The notes under the pieces: model-generated
Databases searched by the model: none
The model's input: the letters and a program-made list of their open reading frames with translations, nothing else
Told to the model about the DNA's origin: nothing
Shown: piece after piece, positions 48,847 through 62,190 of the stretch
Position numbering within the stretch: position 1 is the stretch's first letter
Layout of the letters: each line of letters opens with the position of its first letter
Source of the DNA: Octopus sinensis
Taxonomy: Eukaryota
Direction: 5' to 3'
DNA: 64,000 bases
Assembly: GCF_006345805.1 (NCBI RefSeq)
Contig: NC_043000.1
Location: 159,402,001 to 159,466,000, forward strand
Program-made: the position numbers and the translations under genes

Positions 48847-49187
48847 CTAGCAGTATCGCCCGGCGTTGCTCGGGTTTGTAAGGGAAATAACTATTGATGG
48901 TAAATTTTTTTTTAAATCGTAGACTCATCGTAGACATTTTTAGAGAGTTACTTCCTTTATATAATAGCAAAAAAAAAATGCATTAAAAATGGAAAAAAAA
49001 TGATGGTAAATTTTTTTTTAAATCGTAGACTCATCGTAGCTGCGCGCTAATACCCAGAAGGGCTCGATATGAATCACGACTATAAGATACCCGCTTTTGG
49101 TTAAACTGCACCGCAAAATGTGGGAGTTGTTAGGAATCTAAATCGGAGGAGACAGACATCACACAACTTCAGTTTTATATATATAAA
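48847..49187 (-). mobile_element. Non-autonomous Helitron
   Basis: Reverse complement of 62190-62591: 3' hairpin CCCGAGCAACGCCGGG plus CTAG|T; 5' end T(T)TATATATATAAAA; internal ~38-bp duplication (48896 / 49001). Confidence 0.85.
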
Positions 49188-49744
49188 TAAGTACGTGCTT
49201 GTAAATGATTGTGGGTATATGTGTTTTTGGATGTATGTGTGTATGTATGTGTGAGAGAGAATATATATTGGTTTATTTATGCAGATCCAGTCTCCAGTTC
49301 TAAAGATTGCTCGATGTATTGGCGGTTCCTTAGGAAGGACAAACTCAACGCTGGGTAAATTCCAGAGTAATAAGCAACTAGATCAGCCAATAAAAAGTAC
49401 AAAAACGCAACTAAGGTATTAGATACTTTTCTGGCATTCAAAACATGTGTTTCCGAGTTCACTCTCTAGCCTGGCAGTTTTCTACTACAACTGTGAGTGA
49501 ATCTAGGAGACGTAAACGGTATGGACGCCTGTCCTACATATGCATATATATGTATATATGTGTGTGTCCGTATATGTCCCTCCACAGCACTTGATAACTG
49601 GTGTTGATGCCCTTACGCCACCGTAACCCAGCAGTCCGAGAAAAACATCGACAGAAAAATACCAGGCTTAAAAAACACGTACTGCAGTTAATTTGTTCGA
49701 CTACATTTACGACTGAAGCATTATGTCTTTTTCTTTTATCTTTT

Positions 49745-50084
49745 TCTTGATTCAGTCATTAGACTCTGGCTATGCTGGGGCACCGCCTTGTAGAATTTTA
49801 GTCGAACGAATTGACCCCCAGTACCTATATTTTTTGTTAAGTCCGGCACTTATTTCATCGGACTCCCTTCCAAAATCGCCAATTACACCAACACCGATTA
49901 TGGCAGGGACACATACACACACACAAGGCCGTCTTCATCTACAGTCTGCCAAACTCGCTCACAAAGCTTTGGTCAGTCAGAGGCTGTAGTAGAAAACACT
50001 AGCCCATGGTACCACACAGTGGGATTGAATCCGTAATCATGTGGTTTAGAAGCAGACTTCTTACCACACATCCACGCTTGCGCC
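49745..50084 (-). mobile_element. SINE family A (tail-to-tail with a decayed + copy at ~49440-49705)
   Basis: TCAGTCATT.GACT.TGGCTATGCTGGGGCACCGCC tail; CTTACCACACATCCACGCTTGCGCC head (reverse complement). Confidence 0.8.
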
Positions 50085-50764
50085 TATATTTAAATCATAA
50101 TTTTGCTCACAAAATGAAATTAAACGTAATAAAAAAAATTGTATGAAATGCGAAGAAATATGAGGAAGATAAGAAAAGAGATTTATGAATGGAGTTGTTT
50201 TGTGGTCATTGGCAGCGATGGTTCCCAGCTGCGGTTGTTGTGAACATGTGGCTTTTGAACATGTGGCTTTTGATATAGTGGCTTTGGTTGTAGAACTGAT
50301 TGTATGAGTATAGTATTTCGAATACTGGTTAAAACAGTGGCAGTTATGATGATAATGATGATGGAAATTACGGTGATTGATAGTTGCGGTTACGACTATT
50401 GAGGGGGTTGGGCACGTTTGGAGATTGTGGTCACTATCGTGGTGTTGGTGGTAGCTATGTATGTGTGGAGTGATGGCAGTGGTGGTAGTGATAGAAGTGA
50501 CGATAGTGGTAGTGGTTGGGATGATAATGATGATGGCAGCGGTGCGCTAAGAATGGTAAAGTAGTGGTGATGGTTACACTATATATGTATGAAAGTGGTG
50601 GTCTTTGTCTTGTTTTTTGTTTTTTTCTGTGGAAAGTGGAAGATGGGTGGAAGGAGAGAAAAGTGAAGATTACAACAAGGAGTGATAATCTGATAGCAAA
50701 CGGTTGTCTCTGGTATTTCCGGGGTAAGGGAGAGAGAACTTGAAAACCAGACAGAGGAGATAGC

Positions 50765-50868
<104 letters not shown>

Positions 50869-50970
50869 CCAGACAGAAGTCAGAAAAAGCGAATGAAAAT
50901 CTGACAGAAAGAAAACAGTGAGAAAGAAAAAGACCAACAAAGCGACGAAGACAGAAAGTGAAAGCAAATT

Positions 50971-51186
50971 TATCCTTTCTACTAAAGGCACAAGGCCTGA
51001 AATTTTGGGGTGGGGGACTAGTTGATTACATCGACCCCAATGTTTCACTGGTACTTAATTTATCGACCCCGCAGGATGAAAGGCAAAGTCGACCTCGGCG
51101 GAATTTGAACCCAGATCGTTCACACGGACGAAATACCGCTCAGTATTTTGCCCGATGTTCTAACAATTCTGCCAGCTCACCGCCTT
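50971..51186 (-). mobile_element. SINE family B
   Basis: TCCTTTCTACTAAAGGCACAAGGCCTGAAATTT...GGCAAAGTCGACCTCGGCGGAATTTGAAC...CTGCCAGCTCACCGCCTT. Confidence 0.9.
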
Positions 51187-52365
51187 ATGAAAGCAAAATA
51201 ATGACGAGCAGTAATGCAAGAAAACACACACACACAGAAAGCGAAGAATATTTGGGGGAAAGAAAGATAAAATATTGGCGCTTAAAAGAGAAAGTAGATG
51301 AAAATATAAAAAAGAAAACGATTAACAGAAAACTGTAAGAGAGAAAATGAACGTAGAAAATTAACGAGTAGTTCGGAGTGAGGGAGATATGGCGTTCTTG
51401 TTTAACATTATCGAGTTTAAAACAGGAAGTATGATTGTGCGTGTTTGTGTGTGCAAGCGTGAGTGTGTGGGGTTTCTTTAATTACCGTCAGTCCCTCATT
51501 TATTTGCGAATATGTTTAAGTTCATTATACCACAGGCTGAACTAGAACAAAATTTTATAAACGAGTTTTTACTTCGAAACGGAAGAGAGCAGTGCATTTT
51601 AGTTATTTTAGTTATTTTAGTTACATCGTTAACTAATAAATGACTGACCCCAGTAAGAGTTAAATTCGCATCAGAGTCCATTTTGTAATAATTTAATTGC
51701 TTCGCTCCTCCATTTTTTCATTTAGATTGATATTTCAGCTCAGAAATTTTCCTCGTAGCATAACTGAAGTATGTTTAACTATGCCAACCAAATCTGATAT
51801 TCTGAATTTATCTTGGTATTGCGTGGCATAGCGGATCACTATAGTTTCGTACCAACGAAGAGTTGGAGGCTTTATTGTCACCAATTACAGTTGGAACTCG
51901 TAGTTATTAATTCAGTTTTGACAGAATCTGAAGATGATGCGAGGGAGAGGTAGCTATTTCAATCCCAAATGAAATCTAATATACTTTTACTTTTCTAATC
52001 TTTTACTGCTTCAAACTGACAATGTGAAACTACACTGGGATCATGTTATTCCTCAGTGTATGTATGTGTGTACGTGCGTGTCTGTGTGCACACACACATA
52101 CATGCACGCTCATATATATATGTGACATTTTTGTTCAGATATTTTTGCCAAGCAGCTTAGATTAAATAATATAAACAATAATTAACTGCGACAGAAACAG
52201 TATTAATACCAAAAGATAATCTTTAAGTCCAACTTAAGGCGGATGTTTTGTAAGAACACTGAATACTGCGTTATTTAGCTTGAGAGGACTTCTCATATGG
52301 AAGCATGGTGCATGAAAGTACTCATATCGTTAGCAGACGATACTCATCTGCTAAGGCCGCCGGAA

Positions 52366-52410
52366 TTGCTAGATCACAGGATTTCGAGCTGTTTAGTCTC
52401 CTCAGTGGCA
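52366..52410 (-). ncRNA. Degenerate type I hammerhead motif
   Basis: Minus: UGCCA CUGAGGA GA-C UAAACA GCUC GAAA U CCUGUG AUC | UAGCA. One deletion in stem II and one mismatch in stem I. Confidence 0.4.
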
Positions 52411-54569
52411 GACCTCTAGTAGTGGCGTAACAGCCGAATCTCACTGTCACAGAAATATCAAGTTACAATGTTTTTCAAGCACTGATGATGCAAATAGCCA
52501 GCAAACCTATTAAAGATAATCAATAAAAAAATGAGGGCTGTTATTTATTGAATTCTTCCTCCATAATTTCGTGACCTCATATTTAAGTCAAAATACAATA
52601 TTTAGAAAGTTGAGGTTCCCGATTTCTGGTTAAAGTCATATCGGTAATCTGTTTCTGGAAAAAAAAATCATAAGATATTGAAAACATGGACTTCCCTTAT
52701 TAAGGTTTGATGATAAATTATGGCTCCATATTATATCATATTTCTAAAACTTTATTAACTGAGCACCTTGTCAGTCAATTTCGATATATTCACATGACTG
52801 TTTCCATCATCGCTGAGTCCCAAACTTACGAATCGACAATGAATTTGACTTTCTTCTTATCTGCGCGATGTAAGTTTAAAATGAAAATGGCTCTACAAAA
52901 ACTAATCCACTGACCTCTCTCTCTCTTTCTCGCTGAGAATCTCCCTCCTTGCAGATATAAAGCTTAACAAGGTTAACAAGTTCTACTCGCAATTGGATTC
53001 TGAGATCACAATATCATGGATGGAGTACCAAATGTAACAGAGCATTCCCATATGAAATCTGAACATCGAAGACCTAAATAAACTTATCACAATGCTGAAT
53101 AGGGAAAGGAATTCATTCAGTATTTCAGCTTTAATAAACCCAAACCCCATTTGGCATTTTTCAATAACGACATTTCAATTAAACTGAAAGGCCTTATTTC
53201 GAAATCATATAAAGTTTACCATTTGCCATCATGAAGCATGGCCTCTGGAAAAAAAAGTGTCTTGTGTGTATACAAATACTCAAGAATATACTCCATACGG
53301 AAAATCTTTTAAATTAAAGATAATTACACGGACTGCTTGAAACTATATCTAGTAAAGCAACATATATCAAGATTACAATGTATTTACAATAGTAACATTA
53401 CGATAATTATTTAGCCATCAGTACAACAACGAGGAAGCCCCTCCGTAGTCACTCAACGAGTAAATATATGACGGCTAAATTTCTCTAGAAAACACACTCC
53501 ATTGTCTTGGGAAAGTAAAATACACATTGGTTAAAGTAACCTGTTAAGGGCGTTCTACCAAATGGTTCTATGGTGACGATCAGAATATTCTTAATCAAAG
53601 AATGCTTAATCAGCGCTGACTCGACGCTAAGTAACAAAATCCAATACATAAAATATCTCACTGATAAATCATTGGATATTTGTACGTTTAAGCCAACATT
53701 CTAACACGGAATCAGTCGTTTATGAACGATAAGAATTACAAAATTTCTCTAAATTCTCCTCAGATTCAGTAGTCGAATAATGTGTTTTGTAGCTTAAACA
53801 TAACCACTTTGGAAACATTATGCTGTATATATAATAGGTCATTGTCTTAACAAAATGGCAGCACAGTTCATTATACATCACTGAAAGACTTGTCAGGGCG
53901 CCAGAGAGAAAGTATTGCGGAATTCTTCTGTTTCTCTGTAATCTGAGTCTAAATCTCGCAGTGATTACATTTGACTTTTATCTTTTCGGCATCGATACAG
54001 TAACGGTCCAGCACGCGGAAAATATTCTTCTTTTATTTATTTTTTTTCTCTAAAAAAAACGGTTTTATTCATAACTGGAGAAGGAAGTTCTGTACCAGGT
54101 TTATAAGGCTCACGGTAACTCTTAAGTTATGCCAGTGTTCTTACGAGTCCAACGATAGTTGACAACCAAAGGAAGGTAAATAAAAAGAAAAAAATCATCA
54201 CATAACATATAGCACTAACTATGATTGTATATGAATAATGACAGAGGAAAATTACCCTGGGATGCCATAAGCATGGAAAATAATAAATAAAGTTCTAATT
54301 TGATGCGGTTAACAAGAAAACTGGCGTTGAAGACAGGTGAATATTAATCCAATGCGTAAAAATTTTTAAGCCATTCAGAATCAAAATTTCCAGAGCTCAG
54401 AAAATCATGTTTACAAAACCAAAATTTCAATTTAGTAAATTTAGAAATAGGCATGCAGTGAGAAGATTAATTTAGCAAGCAAGCATGTGTATGAAAATAT
54501 ATTTAGTTTCACTTTGAACATTGTTTTGGACTAAAACTGAAGTTGAAAAAATAGTGTTGGTGGGAGAGG

Positions 54570-54602
<33 letters not shown>

Positions 54603-55207
54603 CTTGTGGTCGTGTGTAGCTGTGAAATCTATATCCTCGAGGGAAAATATAAAATGGGAAACGGAAGTGAAGGGGTAAAATGGGGGGAAAAGGGGAAGAC
54701 AAGTGAGGAGAGAGATGGAAGAAGATATAGAAGTGGATAAGAGAGAAAAAAGAGAGTGTGCTGGAAGTGAGTAGTTTAGATTAGAGAGAGCGAGAAAGCA
54801 GGAAGGAGAGAGAGGTTAACTTCTGTTTTTATATAGGTAACTATGAAATCTAATTATTGAGAAAAAATACAACGGCAAATACTATGTATGGGTGGGGGTG
54901 TTTGTGTGAACCAGAGAAGAGGAAGGATGGCAGAGAAAGAGAGAGAACATAGATGAAGAGAAATAAAAGATAAAGATAGGGGTGAGAGAGATGGGTCTTG
55001 CAAATAAATGTTTCTCTTTAGTAGCATCTTGTTTACATGTGTCACATGCCGACATCTGTTGAGCAGGCCAAAATTGCATATGGAGGGACTTGTCAATAAT
55101 GCTGAGGCAGTGTCTTTGCTGTTTACTATAGTAAGTCTTTACGAAAAGAGAAATCAACATGATTTCACTAAAGAGTTTAATTTAATGGTTCAAAATAGAA
55201 ATTGTCC

Positions 55208-55245
<38 letters not shown>

Positions 55246-55246
<1 letters not shown>

Positions 55247-55799
55247 GATGCACTACCAGGCAGTGGCTCTCATGGCTTCTGATCTTAACTGATTGGAAGT
55301 GTTATCATGTACATTGTTTTGTCTTGGTATAAAAAAAATGGCCTGCAGCAAATATTCTGCTCAATACCACAGACTTGCTTGTCAGTTGTTTGACCTTAAG
55401 CAGTTGAACATGTCCCTTAGTGGCTGACGATATGTGCATCTCTGATCATGAGCAGAAGTAGTTGGGGAGCATCATAGTCGTGTGTTGAAAGGAATTTTGG
55501 GGGGGGGGTGAATAATACACCCCCGGAAACATGGGTGCTTCGTTCAACATCCTTAAACGACCCTTATTCAGGGACCTTTTGAGCGAGATGGGTTACTTGA
55601 CCAGAAGAACATTCTAACTGGGCCCCACCTGCAAGGTCATGTGCTGTTTATCTTGATATGAGATCACCATGTTGCGCACATATGGTTGTGATGCATGTGC
55701 CTGGTGTACCCTTATCAGACGGGTAGTCATGATGGGTATACTGGGCTTCGTATATTTTACCCCAGTGTCACTTTGATGGCATGAACTGCTCTCTCACTC
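55246..55799 (+). mobile_element. Longest copy (554 bp) of the non-coding (TAA)n partner element
   Basis: Between (ATA)n at 55208-55245 and 55800-55841; colinear with 5168-5708, 32484-32650 and 37980-38126. Confidence 0.85.
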
Positions 55800-55842
<43 letters not shown>

Positions 55843-57089
55843 GACACATCGTAATAATGTTAATATATCATAAGATAGCTAAGATGATTGTAATCCGGAT
55901 TACAACAATCGTTTGCTATTCATAATTTGTACAGTGATAGCTTAGACGACCCTGATAAGTCATATTGCTAGATTTGTTTGTGCAATCTAGACAAAGAATG
56001 TTCATCCTTTGCTTCAATTTCTTGACCATTGTTGTTGTTGCTATTTGGTCACAGGTCTACTTTGTTCGAGAACGCTTCTGGACCAAATAAGTCTCTACCT
56101 AACCGCGACCATCCAATTATTTTCGAGGTGTCTAAAACTATATTAAGGTGGTGAAGAGGCAGAGTAGGAGGCATGATGCATAAATTGCTTTGCCGTGATT
56201 GCTACAGCTCTTTAGGTTCCTTGAAGTCAAGTTTGCCTTTCATTCTTGCGAATTCGATAAAATATAGACAAGGTCGGTGAAATGAAGGAATCGTTAAAGC
56301 GCAGAACGAAATATGCAGCGCCATTTGCTCTAGATCATTACATTCTAAATATTTAAACAAAATGCCTTATCCACGAAAGATCCCGGCGGAAGGCGACGGG
56401 AAACTCTTGGAGTACACAAATAACTCCATGACAAGCACATATAGTACTTGCAAAGGAAGTCACCAAAATTGCCCTAACTTGACAGCACAAAAAAGAAATT
56501 AAGACATTATTTTTCAAGAGAGTAGGATGAGATTTGAAGAAGATTTGGCCGTTATTTCCAGCAGGTCGAGTGGCCACGTAGAAGGTTCCTCGCTGATTCA
56601 TCTATTTTAATAATTTGAAGATACCATATATATAATATTGTCACAAATGTGTTTTTAACGCTAAATTTGCTGGCGTCATAAAATTCTGTATGTCAGCTCT
56701 AATCAGCTTTCGACTCTCTTTAAAGCATAAATATAATTATTACTGTAACACTGTCGATATCTATGGGACAAAGTTACACCAATGTACACAATTAACTAGA
56801 GTGCACAAGCCAAGGAGGGAGAGCATACGAAATCACCTGATATGTTGGAAACAGCAGCCGAATGCCTGTCAAAGAATACCTCTACCTTAAAAAAAAATCG
56901 AAGATCACATTGATAATGTAGTACTAGATACACAATATTTCTGGATAAAACACAAATTGGTAGCACTGAAACATATTCCATCATAATACTATTTAGGGTT
57001 AATGTGAGATGAAACAATGTACATATGAACAAAAGCCATTCAAAAAATCACTTGCCAATTCGCTACAACCAAAATCTAAGAGTTACAGT

Positions 57090-57320
57090 TCCTTCTTTAT
57101 GGATCTTCTATCACAACAATAACTTCTGTCTCTGAACTAGTTGGCAGCATACTCCTTAGTCACATCTCACCCTACGCTTGTTAAATCCTACTCTTGTTAC
57201 CCCACTTCTTGTATCGCACACTAACATGATTTTGCCAAACATTCTTCCACTACAAACACTTCCCATGAAGCTTTTCCAAAAGACAACGGATTGAATAATT
57301 TTATCCTAGACACATGGATC
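57090..57320 (+). mobile_element. CR1/L2-like LINE C-terminal relic
   Basis: FYHNNNFC/SELVGSIL...NTSHEAFPKDNGLNNF, similar to the family at 2400-2825. Confidence 0.4.
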
Positions 57321-57788
57321 TCACGAGTCTGAGAGATTGCAAAAGCTTCGAGTACTGCTTCTCATCTAATTTTAACATGAAAATAAAAAGCAGGAACAAT
57401 AGCCGCCAAAAGTGATTGACCGACATTTTTTCTCTAATTATTTTTAGAATTTGTAAACTAAATGAAATGAGACTATTTGTCTTCCCAACAAGCTAGATAT
57501 AGCCTCAAAACTGAACAAAAACCTAGCCTTCAATACGAACACGAAAATAAAATAAAACTTGAAACAGGAACTATCAAGAGTCAAGTGCTTGGGATCAAGT
57601 AAATAAATATAAGTGGTGTTGTTGACAACATAAGTAGCCATTAAAAATGCAAGAGATTAATCATCAATTTTACTGATGATCTTTTATTTTTATTTTATTC
57701 ATGTATGTACAGGGGGATTAAGGCTGGAGGGAAATTTATGTCATTATTTCACTTTCTTTAGTTCAAGTGGGAGGAAAGGCTGGAAATA

Positions 57789-57834
<46 letters not shown>

Positions 57835-57937
57835 TATATACTCTGCTGTAGGCTGTAGGGTTTGCTTTGTATAACAATGTAAACAATTATCATTAGTATG
57901 TGGCAAATAATAGAACTGAAATGTGACTACATTTCAG

Positions 57938-57995
57938 ATATAATGAAAACATTAACAATGGAATGCTCTGCATTGTATCAAAACCAAGTGGAACG
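57938..57995 (+). CDS. Candidate 58-nt internal exon (possibly trypsin/chymotrypsin-like)
   Basis: ACATTTCAG|...AACG|GTAAGA. Two open frames: YNENINNGMLCIVSKPSGT (resembles the I...M/H.C segment just before G(A/S)C.GDSGGP) or DIMKTLTMECSALYQNQVER. No other protease exon found. Confidence 0.3.
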
Positions 57996-58299
57996 GTAAG
58001 AATGTGAGAACAATTCGTTTGAGTACCCACAGGAAATTATTAACATCGTTATTAACATTAAGGCGGATAATTAGCAGAAGGGTTAGAGTGTGGATAAAAT
58101 GTTATGCAGCATTAGTTCGGGCCCTTCGTGTTCTGAATTCAAATCTTGCTGGGGTCAGCTTTGCCGTTCACTTTTTGAGGTCGATAAAATAATACCAGTT
58201 CAAGTACTGGGATCAATGAAATCGACTTTCCTCTCCCCCTTATAATCGTTGGACTTGTGTACCAAAATTTTGAAACTATCATCATTATAACAATTTTAT

Positions 58300-58625
58300 T
58301 TCACAGAGATTTAGGCTTTACTTCCTCCGGTTAATTCTGTAAGAGCGGACAGCAACTTATTCTCAAAGGTCTCAGAGCGTCTCTTTCCACGATAAACACC
58401 TAAGTACCAATCTCAAAATCCTCGCTGTCCCTAACAGAATAATTTTTTGAGCATGCTCTACCCTCATGTAAATTCCAATTTCCCTAACATTATTTCTCAC
58501 ATTTGCCCCTACAACTAGTGAGATGACAGTTACTCTCTTAATAGCCCTCACATTTGCAATTTCATCTTTTAGTAACTTGTATTTTTCCATTTTTCCAGCA
58601 CTTTGTCACCTGCGTATGCGTCCTC
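58300..58625 (-). mobile_element. Dong/R4 3' relic
   Basis: EKYKLLKDEIANVRAIKRVTVISLVVGA...EIGIYMRVEHAQKIILLGTARILRLVLRC. Confidence 0.8.
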
Positions 58626-58689
58626 AGGTATGGCAGTATCAATAATTTTGATTTTAACCAGAATTGGTCCAATCCATGACTAACTTAAT

Positions 58690-59330
58690 AACACCACCCA
58701 GAGAAGACACTTAATCACGTTTCAAGTTATAGTCACACTTTGGGAATTATAGCCCATTTGAATGTAGATTTACCGTGTGCAGAGTTATATCCAAGAGTAG
58801 GTGATTTACCTGGAATTTGTTAGAGGAATTCGTCCAGAAACCGTTGTAATGTTATGAAATTTTCCTTTATATGACTTGAAAAGATGTTAAAGAGAGCAGG
58901 GCCATTCGAGGTGAAATAATTGTATCTTAGAGTTGTAATGTAACGCGATAATGATTTTGGCAGAGGACGGATGGTACGGGGGATCTAACCTTAGGTATAT
59001 TTTAAAGTTGATGCCAACATAATTTGGGCAATGTTGATGAAATGTTTTGTGCCTCATACAAATGATAAAGCCCAGGGTGGAGTTGGAATGAATAGGCTTT
59101 GAGCTTCTAGAGCATATTCCTGTAATCAAGATCCGTCATGCCATCATTATTTTGTGACTGATCACTGGGATGCTTCAAGTTTTATAATGCAATGTTCCGT
59201 TAAGGGACCCAAAGCAGACAACAGTATTCAGAAGAAGAGAACGATAGGCCCATGCCTAGAACGGAAAGTCCTATGGATCCAGGAGCAAGCCATTCTGACC
59301 GTGTCAACCTTGCTGTTTATGCGGGAGCTT
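58690..59330 (-). mobile_element. CR1-clade LINE RT C-terminal relic
   Basis: EYCCLLWVP, DGMTDLDY, CPNYVGINFK, RYNYFTSNGPALFNI, RFLDEFL*QIP across frameshifts. Confidence 0.7.
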
Positions 59331-59449
59331 CAGCTTAAATTGGTACCGAAAATTACTGCGAAGTCACAATCGTTGTTTGATGCTACGATAGTTTGCCCGA
59401 GGGAGGAGGAAAGACAAAACATATACATAAGCACACACACGTGCGCACA

Positions 59450-59587
59450 TAGATAGATAGATAGATAAGATACATAAAAATATATATACATACAGAGACA
59501 GATAGATACATAGACATATAGATAAATAGACAGATAAATACAGAGACAGATACATACATACATAGACATAGATAGACATAGATAGAC

Positions 59588-59619
<32 letters not shown>

Positions 59620-59700
59620 GAATAAAGATAGATAGATAGACAGACAGGTAGATAGATAGATAGATCGATAGGAAGAAAGATAGATAGATAGATAGATATA
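59450..59700. repeat. (GATA)n/(GACA)n compound microsatellite
   Basis: Direct reading; gives the LSIY artefact ORFs. Confidence 0.95.
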
Positions 59701-61390
59701 TCACTCTCTTGCAACTCTGGATTTTCACTTTGTGTTCACACGGTCTCGAAGGTTAGTAAGGTGTCAGTATCTTCTCGAGGCTACGCAGGGGCACCAAAAG
59801 CAATTGTGAAAGTATAGTACATGCCACCGAATCCTATTAGCCTGCGGATGATACGTCTCGCATTCCACGCGCGTGCGCACACTGTTTCCATAGTCGTTTT
59901 AGGTGCCTGTGCACTCTCGAGCAGACATGGAGACTGTGTTATCCCTCCTGCTCTTAACTTAATAGAACATCGATGATGAAACAAATAGAGACAGAAGCAG
60001 GTGACAGCACTCAGCTGGGACACAGAATGGACTGAAGCAATGTGGAGCGACGTGCCTCGATGGGGAACGCACCATCTTGTCAAGGAATCAAACTCACGGC
60101 CCTATGACCAAGAACCCAGCATTCTAAAATCTAGACCACCGGCCCAAAATGGCTAACTACGTGCACATTTACGCGCGTGTGCGACGCTAACAACGTGAGT
60201 AACGATATCCATCGCTTTTATGAACATGCTGGCATCAATGACTGACGGGTTACAACGGTTGAAACACTGCAGTTACCGGGGAAATTATCTGTAACGGATT
60301 GGCATTTTGACAGAATTATTATGTTTTCCTTACTTGCTTTTGTTTGTTTTTATACGTATCATAACAATATTATGAACAACAACAGACAGTAAACAATTAG
60401 AGGATTGAGCTTTCTGACAGAGATCATCTTATTTCCAGACACACCGCAAAACATGAGTTCAGAGAAGAGAAAGAAATGAAGTGGCAATTCGGGGAGGAAG
60501 TTAAGATATTTTGAAATATTAGTATACGCTGTGGGGGTGGGGTGCTTTAAGGGGAAATGCAAGGCTGGATTCACTTCTCTCATTATACACACCCACACAT
60601 ATGCTGATACACACGTGCGTGTATATACATGTGAGCAGATTGCATTTCTTGTGCGTTACTATTCCCGGTGTAGAATTTTCCAACAGATGTTAACCGCTTG
60701 CAGGAAGGTAAATGAAGGAAGAGTTCTACCGTTGATATGCTTCGTAAAGCACGATCCTATATACACGGTGACCGATCATTTATTTCTAATATGCTTTCAA
60801 TCGGTCACTATGGTTTCCTTTAATGACAGTCAAAAACTTATTTCGCTCGGCAGTGGTTTGGTAGAATCATTTGAGCAGTGAACTAAAAGTCTTCACGGTA
60901 TTTAGCTGGGCTTCTTTTCATTCTGAATTCAAATCACGCCAAAGTTATCTTTGACTTCTTCGAGGGGAAGGGGTTGATAAAATAAAATATCAGACAGGCA
61001 CAAAAATTTCTTTAATCGACTAATCCATCCCCGAAGAGCGAAACGATGTGACTGCGTTAGAATTCAATATTACTATGGTCTGAGTTCGGATGCACCGAGA
61101 ATCTAATTTCCCATCTCTCACTAAGTTTGATAAAAGAAGCAAAATTCAAACACAAGTGGGGAAGATTAAAATGTTAGTATTCCATCCCACAAAATGTGTA
61201 GCCTTGTGTATTTGTTCTTGCTTATTTGTTTATTGTTAGGTTAAACTTATTTCTCTGGTGATTATGTTTCCCTCTTTCACACCGTAATTTTGGTCGTAAT
61301 TCTGTATGAAGTAAAGTTATCAAGTTGCAATATTGTATTATGGAACACTAAAAATTGAATGTCTCTAGTTCCATGGGCAAGATACACGAC

Positions 61391-61424
<34 letters not shown>

Positions 61425-61428
<4 letters not shown>

Positions 61429-61850
61429 CTAAGAAAATGGAGAAATACATCTAAATCAAATATCAATTACCAGATAATACTCAATCACATACTTTATTAA
61501 ACCACCACATAAGAGACTGTCGGGTTAAACATAAAAAGCAGAACAAATCAGTGTACATAAAGGAATGTACATAAAAGAGTAATGTTGTATAATGATTAGA
61601 ATATATATAAAAAAGAATCTTATATTTATATTTACGTGTATTTATATTCTTTTTTATATATATTCTAATTATTATACAACATTACTCTTATGTACACTTT
61701 TTTTATGTACGTTCCTTTATGTACACTGATTTGTTCTGCTTTTTATATTTAACCCTAGTCTCTTATGTGGTGGTTTAATAAAGTATGTGATTGAGTATTA
61801 TCTGGTAATTGATATTTGATTTAGTTGTATTTCTCCATTTTCTTATCTTG
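61425..61850. mobile_element. Foldback / MITE-like long palindrome
   Basis: Arms 61431-61618 and 61646-61844 are near-perfect reverse complements with a 27-nt spacer; TA dinucleotides just outside both ends. Confidence 0.75.
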
Positions 61851-62022
61851 TATTAGTAATTTGTGGTAAATCATTTTACCTTTGCCCATATAATACAGTA
61901 AATGAATTGATTGCATCGCAATCATTAACATTTAAGTATTAACTTTGTTGGGTACTTCAGTAGCAGTATATTGGATATACGTTATCCCATAGAGGGTTGC
62001 ATTTATAACCCCTATCTCAATT

Positions 62023-62059
<37 letters not shown>

Positions 62060-62159
62060 TTCCAATCGTACTGGCTTTCATGGGAAACATGTATTTTTGT
62101 GGTCGAAACCTTTTGGATTAACTGGTGCTAGAGTGAGCCATATAGTGACCACTCTCTTA

Positions 62160-62189
<30 letters not shown>

Positions 62190-62190
<1 letters not shown>

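Noticed and set aside
55246-55460. Ribozyme at the 5' end of the TAA partner (GGAUGCA/UGCAUCU helix; CUGACGA at 55424)
   Set aside because: There is no GG after the putative P1 and no L3 motif before it, and no stem II + GAAA after CUGACGA. Left as an open question only.
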